NCBI GenBank assembly: GCA_030248215.1
Contig: JASANG010002067.1
Span: 248,001 to 312,000, forward strand
Reading direction: 5' to 3'
Length of the DNA stretch: 64,000 nt
Source: Enoplolaimus lenunculus
Lineage: Eukaryota
Under the pieces are notes generated by a model. It saw only the letters and a list, made by a program, of their open reading frames with translations, was not told the origin of the DNA and searched no databases. This document shows, in pieces, positions 1-13,500 of this stretch (the first letter of the stretch is position 1; every line of letters begins with the position of its first letter). Made by a program: the position numbers and the translations under genes.

Positions 1-197
1 CACTGGTTGTATCCCCCTCTCAATAAGGGGGGTGTAAGGCAAAAACGCAACGCGTGCCGGGAACATTTTTTTCTACACAGAATGTACCCAGCTGCAAACT
101 CTTGTTGAAGTATGCATCATCCACACTTGGTTTAAGAAACAATGTTCATAATTTTATTTGCGATTAAGCCAATCGTAGGTTTTGTTTCATGTTCCAG

Positions 198-3100
198 GAA
201 ATATTTCAACATCCGCCTGGAATGCCACAGGATCCAGATGTTGTAATGGAAGGTTATTTATTTAAGAGAGCGTCGAAGGCATTTAAATCATTCAAGCGGT
301 TAGTTTTCACATTTTGATTGTTGCAAACTTGCTCTTGGTGAAGAACTGACTGTGTTATAGACATTTTTTGGCTTATGGGTGATTCGCAATTAATAGGATG
401 ACGAGTCTGATCTTGGTATTTTGAACGGGTTTTGACTTTGGAGAAATCTAATCAGTGAGCGTTTAATGTGATCAGAAGTACTCCAATATTTAGCCTTGTA
501 CAATTTTTGTTTTTATAGCTTATGTATGCAATATTTTGATAAACAGGACCAGCTAAACAGTTGGTGATTAATTTCTTCCGGGCCTGGCCATGCAGCTGTA
601 TACCCCGTAAAATGCTGGCCCCGGAGCACCTCTACTTTGTCTATTTTTAATACTTTAGAAGATGGTTCTTCATTAAGAGCAACCAACTTTGCTATCGAAA
701 ACGAGACATCGATGGTTACGAGTTTTTGAGCGTAGGTGATCCCCAAGCGTTGCATATATTAACAGGTAAGTTTAATTGTAATTGAAGGTCGAATTATGTT
801 TTATCTGACTTCGATAACTGCAGTGCTGCGAAATAGATTTATTTGATTCCTTCCGTAGGCTTAGGCTTGTATTTGGTTTTCAAAAAAGACTTGTCTACGC
901 CTATACCAGAACCTTTGCTTAAGTCTTTGCCGAAGCCTGAACCTAGGCCTAAGGCTTCAACTTAAATGTTGGCGGAAGTGTACAACCGCCAATTGTTTAA
1001 GTAGCAATACCTCAAGGTTTTGTTTTATTCATGAAGTTCAAGAAAGTGCAACTTTTGTGCTACATGCATCTTGGTCGTTACTTTGCTAGTCATCCTCGAG
1101 AAAAATTTCTGTAATATATTGCGTGGCACGACTAGCACATTATCAGCTAGGTGTTACTTTTGTGGCATGTTTTAATCGATTTCCCGGTATCGAAATTATG
1201 TCACTTGTGTGCCTTTTTGTAGACGAAGAATGGGAAACAAAATATTCTGTTATGGTGCCAGACCTTCGGTTATGCCTAGTTCGTTCTGCGCCTAACAATG
1301 TGGATAGACAGTACAGTTTTGAACTGGTCACGCCGAACAAGTGAGTTTTGGCTTTGGGTGAAATTGCTTCTGTATTAAATGATTTTGTTTGTTGCTTCCT
1401 TCGAGAATGGTGTTTATAGTTGTGATATCTGTAAAGGGCTGCGAAAAATTGTCAGGCTTTCAACTCTGTTCGTAGCACCGATAATGGCTAGGGCCATTTT
1501 GAACGAAGCTGTCTAGTGCTCATATAATATTTTTAGAATTCATTTACTTCAAGCAGATTCAGAGTCGCTATGCAATGCGTGGATTAAAGCATTGCAGCGA
1601 ACAATCGAATTTGCATTGCATGATGGTACAGACGATGATTGTGGAGGGGTACGCAATTAAGGACTTTGTGGCTTCAGCCGCACCGTAGAAAAGTGTCCTC
1701 CACAAACGACCCGCTGATAACTGAATACCGTAGCAGTATTATGCATATTACTAAGCCTAAGCTTAGGTAAAACTTTTCCTGTGATTGGAAGATACAATAG
1801 TGCCAGCGATTAATGATTCCATTAGAACACTGCTAGTTTTTTCACAGTTGTGATTAGAGTATGGCTTTATGGTTTGGCTTTTCGTGCCTATATTGCTAGT
1901 GTTAATGAAGTAATAAAACATATAATGAATTACAATTCAGCAACCTACATTAATATTCACTGTGCAGGGTGTAAAGCGGAATTGGATTATACTTAAACGG
2001 AATCGGAACAAATATTTATTTTGAGTGTGTGTTAGCTGGGTACAATTTTCAAAAACGTCGCATTATCAGATTATCGATGAACAAACTTTGCTTCTGTAAA
2101 GCTAAACTACTATAAATTATTGATAAGTTAACTCATCGAATTCAATTTAATAGGCAAATAATTCAGAATTTTTATACAACGTATCGTAACAAGTACGATT
2201 AAAATTAAAATTTGAAAATTCCGATACTAATGATTCTGTAATAGGAATCGGAACTCATTTTGAAACGGAATTCTAATCGGGACCGAAATTCCCGTTGCAC
2301 CGTGATGCTCTGTTTTGGTTATGCGGTTTGAAGTTTCCTCAAACATTATTACTGCTCGTTTTTAAAAATTACCAAGTAACAATTTGGGAATTGTTTCAAT
2401 ATGTGGACGATCATAGATTTAAGCTGCATTGCCTTGTTTTTCAGAATTTCTGTTTATTTGAAGCAACTGTATGTAACTTTTAAGTCTGTATTTAGCCAAG
2501 TGGATGCCCGGACCCACGGCGAAGTTCCTCTACTCAACGTGCAGGTTTTGCTAACCGAAATTCAAATCGATCTGTGCAAGCAAATCAGTCTAATAGTCGG
2601 CAGAATGTTCCAGATGGGTCGAATAAAACAAGGTACAAACAACTTCAGTCATCAGTGGTATAGCAATAGAATAAATTGGATGAATTGTCAGGAATAATGT
2701 ATTGAACACGCAAACCCATCGTATCGCATATTTTAAACCATATTCGGGTATCAAGGAACTCCTTGTTCAAAACGCTGCTTTTTTTCTGTTTCACAATATC
2801 TTACGTGAGAGCTATGCCACGCCTTTTATAGTTTTCAAATTGTATTCTGTACATACGCATATTTATTTGTTCCATACGTTGTGATCTGTAATGTGTTTGT
2901 ATTGCATACACGCTGTTCAACTAACAAAAACATTCTTCTGTCATCACTGATATAGCGATAGAATATGTAAACTGGTGCACTTGTGGTTTCTGCTGCTGTT
3001 TAGAATCTCACTTCACATGCAATTGGGTGAGGATGGTGTTTGAGTAATTTTGGCAACATTTTAGCGCAATCAAAAGCATTCTATCTGTGCCTGGTAATGA

Positions 3101-6100
3101 AATCTGTGCCGACTGCGGCGCATCCTCGCCACAATGGGCATCAATTAACCTTGGAGTAACGTTGTGTATAGCATGTTGCGGAGTTCATCGTAGTCTTAGC
3201 GTTCAAGTATCAAAAATTCGTTCGTTAACTCTCGACGCATGGGAACCAAATCAAGTCAACCTGATGACTCTTCTGGGCAATCGTATAGTCAATCACTGTT
3301 ACTTAGCGTATTGGACACCGGATTCAGTTCCACGGCCTGCTAAGCCGGATTCCAACAGGTTACTTCTGATGTTTGAATGTTATACTAAATCTTTATTTAT
3401 TACAAATTTATAAATGACTTTTATACGCTAGAAGTAAATATATTTGCGTTCATTTGATAACCTTGAAATGCGAATGAACAAATGTGTTCACCAAAACTAG
3501 TCATTTATTAAGATTACATGAATTGTGCATGTGCGCCATGTTCTGGGTGTATTTTATACATTTTTCGACAAGACTTGCTCAACACGCTAGGCTACGTTGC
3601 CAGTGACCTGTTGCATTGTCTGTTAAGAGAGATTCATTGCTTTCTTTTTGTTATGAATAAATATTTTAATCAAAACATATTAGTAAAATTTTAATACTAT
3701 AATTTAATTCTTTATAGCGCCGTGCGCGAAAGCTGGATTCGAGCGAAATACGTCGACCGAACATTCGCTAATGAACAAAAAGCTATTGCATTATCACACG
3801 CGCTGATGCCATTGCCTGCCATGGATGAAGGGCATTATGGATGCGAAACAAAAGAATTGACGCCTGAGACCAACGGTATGTGTAGTTAAATTTAAAATTC
3901 AGGTTGCGTTAGTATTGTTGTTTCACTGCAATGATTATACATATTATGGTTTCAATTGTTTGTAACTTATTGCTAAAGCTTGTTGCTAAATAACCAATTA
4001 ACGATATTGTATTTGAGAAATGAAATCATCTCATGAAGGCGTGTGAGGTTTATTCAAACGTCCATTGTGTAGTTTATATACGCTATGCTCTTTTTGCCTA
4101 TATCTTTGTGAAAAAGCAAGATACAGGGCAGGAATGCAGTATTACAGCTAAACAATAGTTGCATGTGCGGCATGGTTTGTTTTGTTGTGCGCAACCCAAA
4201 ATATTTGTCCATAACAAGAGTGTTTTGCTCACAAGAAGTTGTGCGAATGATCTTGAAAAGAAGTTTTTCAAGGTGCGATAGTTTTATGAGGAAGTCAAGT
4301 AAAAGTATTTTTGCTCACAAACTGTACATTCTGCCCAGTAAAAGACAGGATACTTCGAACACGTGAAACAGACAGTGATCTGCATGTAGTTACGATTTTA
4401 TAGTTACATTTTTAAGCCAATCGATCACAACGCGCAAAATCTGTCGCAGATCCGGAGAAAATGACTTTTCCTACAACCACGACCACACAACGGAACAGAA
4501 CAACGAAGAGTGGCCTTTTAATATCGAAATCTGCACCGAGCTTAAAACTGTTAGTTAGTGTGGAGTCGGAACTGTCTGTGCCTGGTGAGCTTATGCTGTG
4601 TTCAACGATAGCGAATAGAAATTTGTAGAGGCAAATCTAGTCAGTATTTTACGAAGCACAATGTTTGAAAGTAGAATTGCCGTAGTAAGCGTCTCTGACG
4701 GATTGCTGTTACAATGTTGGATTATCTTGCTTCATTATTGTACAACGTTTTTTGATCATTATAAGAAGGCGTTTATTTTTTAAATCATCTGAAGCTGTGA
4801 CTTACTTAGTTTAATGGCATAGTAAGTATGAGGTAGTTTTAACTTATTATAACCTTATGTGCAGTAGTTTTTGTAATGGTTGTTTAAAAGTTTGTTTCAG
4901 ATTCCAGCGTTCGCGACCAAAATATTCGAAATCTTAGTTCGGTCGGGTCTGAATCTAATATTGCGGATTCGTGTAAAAGTAATGTTTTCCAGGATAAACA
5001 TGAAGCGCATTGCAGCTAAACTTTAAATATTAATATAATATAATATAAACGTCATAATTTTAATAGTTTTATTCAGCATATTATTGATTTCTATAAATTT
5101 TTAAAAAAGAACGTTGAACTTTTTGGTTATTACATGTGTCATGTTGCAGTTCGAAATACACATTAAGCTTGTTATAGCGGCGTTTTGACCTATAAGTATC
5201 TTCTTGCTACCGGTTTTAAATATTGAAATTATCGAATGACTGAAGTAACAAAAATGCTAGCGCTTGCGACATAAAGTAATTTTTAAACCTCACACGTTGT
5301 TTTTACTGCAGAAACGGCTGGCCTACGATTAATGCATTGGTTTCAAAATTTCGGATAGAAAATTGTATTGTTTTAGAGACAGAATCTGGCGTTAACACTA
5401 GTACGACGTCAGCACGTGAAATGCAAATCAATAGATCGCTTTACGATGCAGTGTCTCGACGTGACATGGCCGGTATTGTTACCGCTATTGCACGTGGCGC
5501 ACGAGTTAATGCTCCATTAGAAAGCGCCGCTGGCCGCACCCCACTGTTCGAAGCCGTTCATCAGGTACGTTTTCCTGGATTCTGGTCCGTTCAGTCTAAA
5601 GTTTTTCGGCAGTTTTTGTACCTTTGTCTGCAAGCTTAGCTTAAGCATAAGTTTAAGTTATCAAAAACTGACATTTTCGAAAATATCGGACGAAAGTGTG
5701 CAACAACATAATCTTTGTTTTGAGTTGTTTTTTGACTCACGAAATTTTGAGAATAAATATTTGTCATAAGCGATGAAACTTACTATGCTGTGTGTTTTTT
5801 GTAAACATGTCAGTTTGAAACTGTTTAGAGGAGGCGATGTTATTCAAATAAAACGTTTAAGAAAACCAGGTATTGTTATGCTGTTATGTGTATTGCACTA
5901 TAGATTGGCTTCAAGCATATATTGTGTTGATAACGTCAAATTTGGTTTTGTTAATAGCTAATCATCGAAAATGGGCACCAGCCGGCTGTTTCTCACGTTC
6001 ACTACTGGTAATGATTAATTGTAGGGAGCACTTGATATAGCAGAATTCTTGTTGCTGAACGGAGCCCATGTCAATCTGCAGGATACAGATGGCTTAACGC

Positions 6101-7777
6101 CTCTTCATCTAGCTTGCGTGTCGGGTAACACAGGGTACGTCCACAGGAGTTCTTGTTGAAGGAGGAATTCTTATTTGTAAGCATGTGCATTTATATTCAT
6201 CACAAATCTTGGTTAGCAAACATTGTTTTTGACTCTCTACATAGTTACGCAGTAAATATCTACAGTTTTGATTCTTTTGATTCTCTTGCCCTGTTAAACT
6301 TTTCGGCACTCATACATCAAAATGAAAAATCATTTCCAGTAAGAGTTAGTTGCGTATGGTATTCATAATATTGTACTGTATTATGCACACAAAATACGCT
6401 TTTGTTGCATAATTGTGCTGTACTCACACATAAATGACGTATTTGCACTGTTAGATTCGTTCATGTATATAGTAAAACAACTGTACGTACATCCATTCAA
6501 TTTTGTACATGCCGATATTATGTTGGATGGTTAGGGTGACTTATTTTTTCAGGCAAGTAGTTCAGTTATTAAAACGTGGCGCTCGCCAAAATTTGTGTAC
6601 AAAACAGGGTGAATCCGCATTAGATATTGCGATGAATGTAGAGCATGCAGATATTGTTACGTTGTAAGTTTACCTTTTCAATTTGTTCCATACTCATGTT
6701 ATTCTGTTCAAGACAATATATTTTGATAGAGTGTTGCTAATTTAATAAATCCAATTAAAACTACTCTTTTTTAGTAAGTATTGGTTCAGATGGAATTACT
6801 GACAAAAATTCAAAGCTCTGCACTGTTTTATTAAGGGTGTACACGAATATGAATATTTTGATTTTATTGCGTATTTTGCGGATAACATTTCGGTTTGTTC
6901 ATTTTTCACCTGCAAACTTAAACCGTATAGATCTATTGTTGCTAAGGCTTGCATGGCTGCGTTGTTTTAGAACAGTGGACTGGCAATCCGTATGTCGTGG
7001 ATTAGCACCCCGCCGCATCCGCACCAAAATTTTCGTATAATAGCTCTACATGTGGTGCTGCTTAACTGAAGATTAAATATTAAAATATTTGGCTAAAGGT
7101 TTGTTTTGAGACTGCATGTTGTGGTGTTTTTTCTGCACGCCTCATGTCGGAGTACTTTCTGTGGTACGGTTAGGCGAGACAGTATAGTGGGTATTGGGGT
7201 GGCTTATTTACATGTTGTTTTTGTATTATTAGGCTTCGTCTTGCCAAATTGAATGCCGAGTTTCGTGACGATGAAGATTGGTCAGGAATTGGTGAGCATC
7301 TGTTCTAGAGCGTTAGATTAGTGATGTGCCGACACCAAACATTTCTAAGTGCAAAACGTGTCAGCAAGGAATCGGCAATTTTCATAGTGCCGATGTATTT
7401 CTGATACTTTATTGCTGATACTGCCCGTGTTGAACTGATATTTCGTGAAGAATTCAGTCAGTTTCAGGTAATGATTTCAGTAGACTCGAGTTGCATCTAC
7501 GCTTTGATGAGTTTAACCGGAGTTTTTTCACAATCGGACGATGGGTTGTAGAGTAAGTGCTTGTTTTGCTTTCCTAAAATATATTCGTTATTTCATTGTA
7601 CCGTGTTTAATAGATGATGCAACTTTCACTGAAGTTGTGAAAGATTTTACTCAAATCGCATCAAGTTGTCCTGAAAGGTTAAAGAAAACGATGCCAGTTG
7701 GTGCTGCAAACGATCCAAATAATAACAGCGGCAATTGTATTCCAAGCCCTTCCGCTACAACTGTTTCAAATAGCTGA
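198..7777 (+). CDS. ACAP: ACAP/centaurin-beta family ArfGAP (PH, ArfGAP and ankyrin-repeat domains; cnt-1/ACAP-like). 5'-partial: the BAR-domain exons lie upstream of the window.
   Basis: Phase-consistent GT-AG exons: 198-298, 659-714, 1223-1340, 1537-1648, 2496-2632, 3065-3358, 3718-3875, 4417-4584, 4901-4978, 5377-5544, 6025-6134, 6553-6663, 7233-7291, 7614-7777. PH domain: VVMEGYLFKRASKAFKSFKRRWFFIKSNQLCY...FELVTPNKIHLLQADSESLCNAWIKALQ. ArfGAP zinc finger: PGNEICADCGASSPQWASINLGVTLCIACCGVHRSL...WIRAKY. Ankyrin repeats: GRTPLFEAV, EFLLLNGAHVNLQDTDGLTPLHLAC, HADIVTLLRLAKLN. ACAP-like tail: DDATFTEVVKDF. Confidence 0.93.
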
Positions 7778-7936
7778 CTACAAACTGGATTTGTGAAAAG
7801 TATTTGTTCGCGTTTCAAGATCTGAACATAATTTTTCTCGCGAGTGCTGTTTTGCGATGTTATAATCTATAGTCATATTCTCAACTGTGTGTGACACCTA
7901 TTGCCAGTTAGTAATTGGTTCTGAAACATGTTAGGT

Positions 7937-8851
7937 ATGAAAGCTGCGTATCTGAAATCAAATGAAAGCTGCGTATCTGAAATTAATTGCACGGTGTAGC
8001 AGCAGTAAATAGTACTAAATATTGAAGCTCACAGTGAAGTGCTTCATAATTAACATAACCTATCACCAACTGTTAGTAGGTATTTTACACCAACTGTTAG
8101 TAGGTGTTTTAACTAGCACAGTCTGAACAGTGTATATAATTTGTCTCATGCTTCTGTGATATTTGCTAATTATTGTGTAGTAAGCCCTTTTGACATCGTG
8201 TGGCTGTTAAGCACTACGAAACCGAATTACACATGTTATTACACATGTTAAGAAAGCCCAGGTATGGCTATAACAAGTGTTCTGAACATTTGAACAAAGG
8301 TACATAGAATTATAAAACACAATAGAATATTGTGTTCTTTGCTCAACCCGTTTATGATTCACTATTTTTTGTGAAATTTTAAGACTCGTAGTGTATTGTT
8401 TTGTTGCTGACAGTGGTATTTATTATGTATGGCTGTAGTTTTTATCGGTTTGCTTCGCGTTATTCATTCATTTTATCATAACTTCATAATTGAATTGAGA
8501 ACGAGCTTCATAATTGAATTGAGAACGGGAGGTCAGATATTACCTAGTTTTTTATACTAAGAGTTAATATAATATATAAATATCGGGTAATGCACAGTGC
8601 CGAATTGGAAAGGTATACAGGTAAACCACAGTGCCGAATTGAATAAGGAATACGAATTTTCATCGCAATTTCATTAAAAATGTAACTTTATCGGACTATC
8701 TCAAAACGGATGCCGATTGGTTGCTGTACATAACTCTGCATTTTACTTTATTATAAAATCTTGAGTATAACATTTCAAAATATCGTATACCTTTGAGTGC
8801 ATAAGTTCATGTGCAAAATCCCTTATTAGTTCATGTGCAAAATCCCTTATT
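7937..8851. repeat. Cluster of short perfect tandem duplications
   Basis: Duplicated words at 7937/7962, 8064/8088, 8226/8238, 8482/8506, 8593/8627 and 8804/8828. Confidence 0.8.
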
Positions 8852-10115
8852 GGTAGCTGATTACCTGAATCAGGGGCTAATGTATACGCCATGGCACCGT
8901 ATATAAGCCAAAATTTCACATTAGAAAATTTTAAATTAGAATTATCAGACAATGTAGTCTCTTGGTTTTTATGAGCCAGGACAAACCAGACAAAAAATGT
9001 AGCTTAACTAAAAATATATAGACAAGAAATTTTGGGCACTTCTGATTAAATCATCACGGTGTACAACGCCATGACTTTGTATACACAGTTGACCACCGGT
9101 ATACAACGACATTGTATTGCTAGCTGATTACCTGAATCAGGGGCTAATGTATACGTCATGGCACTGTATATAAGCCAAAATTTTACATTATAAAATTTTA
9201 AATTAGATTTTACATTATAAAATTTTAAATTAGAATTATCAGACAATGTAGTCTCTTGGTTTTTGTGGGGTCTGTCGAAATGTTTCAGTTCCCAGGACAA
9301 ACCAGATTTATCAGACAATGTAATGTCTTGGTTTTTGTGGGGTCTGTCGAAATGTTTCAGTTCCCAGGACAAACCAGATAAAAAAATTAACTGAACCCCT
9401 TCTCACACTGAGTTGCCTGTAGGCAACTCAGCGCAGTGTGTTTACGTTAAATAGTATATATCGCACCGTGTTTAACAATTGCAACACGTATACATAGTAT
9501 TAAATCACCACAAAACGTGAGAGCCCCCTCAGGCTCGAGCGTCAAGCTCCTATAGCTGAGTGTTGATGGTATACGCCTCCCACTCGAGTCACTGGAGTTC
9601 GAATCGTAGCATAAAAGTAGGTCTCAGGGGAATAGAAAATATTCATGTGAGAAAGGGTTAACTAAAAATATATAGACAAGAAATTTCGGGTACTTCTGAA
9701 TAAATCATAACGGTATACAACGCCATGACTTTGTATACAAAGTTGACCACTGGTATACAACTCCATTGTATTGCTAGCTGATTACCTGAATCAGGGGCTA
9801 ATGTACACGTCATGGCACTGTATATAAGCCAAAATTTTACATTATAAAATTTTAAATTAGAATTATCAGACAATGTAGTCTCTTGGTTTTATGGGGTCTG
9901 TCGAAATGTTTCAGTTCCCAGGACAAACCAGACAAAAGAATGTAACCTAAAAATATATAGACAAGAAATTTTGGGCAGTTATGAATAAATCATAACGGTA
10001 TACAACAACGCCATGACTTTGTATACACAGTTGACCAGTAGTATACAACGCCATTGTATACACAGTTGACCGCCGGTATACAACACCATGACTTTGTATA
10101 CACAGTTGACCACTT
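8850..10115. repeat. Complex tandem repeat of ~300-bp units (about 3 copies, with internal sub-duplications)
   Basis: The block tagctgattacctgaatcaggggctaatgta...gacaatgtagtctcttggttttt...ggacaaaccaga...aaatatatagacaagaaattt recurs near 8855, 9121 and 9775. This explains the near-identical short ORFs at 8743, 9046 and 9658. Confidence 0.9.
9396..9657 (+). mobile_element. Non-autonomous TIR element (piggyBac-like ends) carrying a tRNA-like A/B-box segment
   Basis: Inverted ends aaccccttctcaca ... tgtgagaaagggtt followed by TTAA. It interrupts one unit of the 300-bp repeat at a site that reads ttaact in an uninterrupted unit. Internal segments tatagctgagtg and ggagttcgaatc resemble Pol III A and B boxes. 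Confidence 0.6.
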
Positions 10116-10144
10116 AAACTCCAATGTTCATTAATATTAAAAAG

Positions 10145-10452
10145 CAGGGTACAACCGGAGGTAAAAAATACCGGAGCTGGAGGTGAGACGAAATTAGGCA
10201 ATTAAAATGATACATTTGTTAAGTTAAACAAATATTTGTAATGTGTTGTTAAATCGTTTGGTTAACGATTTTTGACGCAAAATCGAAAATTCTTTCCTCA
10301 AAATTGCACTAAAACTTAAAACGAAACGCTCCAAACGAATTAATTCTATGCAAAATTGTGCTACCGACATTGCCGGAACCTCCGGCAAAAATTGTCCGAG
10401 CCAGAGGTCGATTTTCTGCTTTAGCCGGAGGCAGACCTCCGGTTATAACCTG
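10145..10452. mobile_element. MITE family B (CAGGGT.CAACCGGAGG TIRs, hAT-like ends)
   Basis: cagggtacaaccggagg ... cctccggttataacctg. Homologous copies at 11681-12470 and ~29530-29718. Confidence 0.7.
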
Positions 10453-10533
10453 TTAAAAAGTTTTAATTGTATGAATAATGAATGCATAAAGAACATGGTG
10501 AATTGAATACGCACAAATTCGGCCATCGATCAA

Positions 10534-13500
10534 TTAGAATCGGCTTTGATAACACGTCATGCTTCGGCATTCAAAACCCCTTGGACAATTGCTGTTAAAC
10601 ACGCACGTGACTCCTAAAATATAATTGATTCAAATCAAAATTAAAGTTACATAATTGAAGGCGAACCTGACAAAGAAGTATAGGATTGACAAACGCACAA
10701 CGTTAGCGCTTAAATAAGTTGTCGACTGACCTTGTAAATGAGGCGACCCACCGCTGAAACACGTCAAGTCTTCGCAGAAATGTCGTGTAGGGCACGCCGA
10801 ATCGAACACACACGAGGTGCCGACAATATGGGTTGGAATGCCGCGAGATTTTGGTACACAAAATCCACGGGAACACATCTGATCAACCGGGCACTGATGG
10901 GTGAAGCTGCAGAATCTGCGGGCAACACTGCTGCTGCCTTCGGTGCTCGACTGTTGCTGGCTTTGAACACATCGACCGCGAACACAATTGAATGCGTTCA
11001 GATCATCACAGTCGGTCGCAGTGCGGCATTCGCGGCGCGGCAGCGGTTGTGGACGAGGTGGTGCTTAAATTTTAGTCAAAAATGCTGAAATTTATCTTTT
11101 GAAACCAGAAGAGTTGCCAGCATTTATATCTGGGAGGGTATCATATAAACGACAATTTTTGAACAATTACAGCAACCATAACTTTATTGTCTCTGGCGAA
11201 AGTGCTCTTTTGTCTAAAACTTTCGGGAACGAATTTATCGCCTCTCTCTAACGCATTATATGCGCCCATGTTTGAAAACGGCTTTCTATGAAATTAAAAG
11301 TTGATCAAAAACATTGACGTTTAACCCATTAAAAGTTAAAACGCCATTCTGTGGCTAAATTAGGCGCTGCTGTTTAAAATAATGTTAAAAACGCGTTGCT
11401 AATGCTCGTATAACAAATTACAAAGGATTTGTGCCAAACATGCAAAATGTTTATGACATTTTTGAAAAAAGCGTTTATATTGATTAATTACATTGTTGAT
11501 GCTATGGGAATCGCGTTATAACTGGGCAACCTGGAACACGTTTTGTTAGCACGAACATTTTGTATGCACGTTGAGCCGATGTCAAATTCAAAAAAATTCG
11601 AATTGCCTGCTATCCTGACCTAATGGGACTTTCATTGTTTGTATATATCATATGATACTCGAAATATTGTCTGTCAATATCAGGGTGCAACGGGAGGTGA
11701 AAAATACCGGAGATGGAGTCGGAGGTCAACGAAACTTGCCGGAGCCGGAGGTGCGGCGAAATTAGGTAGTAAAAATGACGGTTACTGTAGTGACCCGAAT
11801 AAGAAATAAGAGGGGGGACTGATATTTATTTGGCCTCTCCAGAGGGTACCCCCTTGTTATTCGGTTACGGACTCATTTTGTTTTCAACCCACGCTCCGAT
11901 GCCCTTCGTTACTGATATATATCCGGTACTGCAATTATCCGTTGAATTAAACGTTTGTTTGTCTTGTGTCAATAGCTTGAGCGATAATACAAGGTTATAC
12001 TTAGGAATGTACTTTCAAAATTTAAGTACGCTTTAAAATTTCGAACTCAAATTATTTGGTCCTGGATTCATTTATGCGCTATAGTTAGGGGTAATTGACA
12101 TTTATAGACTATAATTAGGGTTTAGGGACTCTATCCGCTTACGGACTCTTGTTAGGGATACGGACTCCAATTGATTCGGACTCAAAATGGGGACCCCTTT
12201 ATTAACCCTCCACCTCTATTCGGGGCAATTCAGTAATTAGCTAATTTTCGCCAATATCTGCAATATGTTCGTAAAAGTTGTTTGATTTTACGCTAATTAT
12301 GTATGAAATTTCAGAAATTCTTTCCTGAAAATTGCGACAAAAGTAAAACGAAACGCGCTAAACAGATTAAATTTTACAAAATTATGTAAAATTTTGCAAC
12401 CGAAATTGCCGCAACGTCCGGGCAATATTCTACCGGAGCAGTAGGTTGATTTGCTGCCGCAGGCAGACCATGACATGGGTGAAAATGTGTGCAAGATTGT
12501 GTAAAACTACCGTGAATGTCCCGTAGAATGTCATATGGTACTAAAATTTGAAATTTGAATTATTTGTGCGTAGAAATATATACGAAAAATTATTCACCAG
12601 AAACTCAAAAAAAGCTAATTCAATATTCGTTATCATTCTCAGTGCTGCATTATCTAACTTTTTACTATTTTAATTGATTTTCCCCTATGTCCCAACCGGA
12701 AAATCCTGGATCCGCCAGTATGACGATAAAACAACACCTGGTATATCAACTCTTCTCATTAAATAACATTCTCTCGGGGTACAAATAACGCAACGGCCGG
12801 TGTCGCATGAAACGCTCATTGCTGGCGAAAATGGTTCCAGCCGCTCGCCAATTTGCAGCGGATCAGGACCAGGATCTGTGACTAACAAATTTGATCGCAA
12901 GCTTCGAAACTCTAAAATATTACATATTTATACGCGTAGTGATTTACATCGGATATTTTTTCACATCTGGCAATTCTTGCCGGGTATTTATCCGGATATT
13001 TGAATATCCGGATATGTGAAATTAAATTTTTTATTTCTAATATTCGAAACTCGATTTTGCGCGTTTTGGTGTTTCCAAACTTCAATTTTCGTTTCTCAAG
13101 CACTTGTTTTGACTTTTTGCTGTGAAGCACCCTGACCCACAAGCTGATTGCTTTGAGCGTAAAACATACAATTCTCTAAATAGTTATTTATTTTGTAACT
13201 GCTTCAATATTGCTGGGTATTCGGTTTAGAACATTGCTGCTGATATAATAAATGCTTGCGTTGACCACTTGAGATTTAGTTGATTTGGTATGTCTCCGTC
13301 TGATTTAAACCAGTGCAACAATGATTCTATCGAATGTCACCTTTCCCTCGAACTACATGAGTCGTTTAACGTTCCAAGAAGAAATAACCGCATTAAAGTA
13401 TACTTACGCTAAATCGTACATCAGTCCATGTTAACTTTTACCGATGCCCTGCTTTTACCGGCGGATCCAGAACTTTCTGATCGGGACTGGCTCGCAAATG

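Noticed and set aside
81..109. Additional small ACAP exon
   Set aside because: Flanked by cag and gtatg and phase-compatible, but too short and without recognisable homology to support.
8743..10201. Family of similar short ORFs (MSDNSNLKF...)
   Set aside because: By-products of the ~300-bp tandem repeat, with no consistent start, splice structure or domain.
11490..11530. Third antistasin-like exon expected between modules A3 and B3
   Set aside because: A ccag acceptor gives GCPVITRFP followed by a stop and lacks the Cys pattern. At most a decayed remnant.
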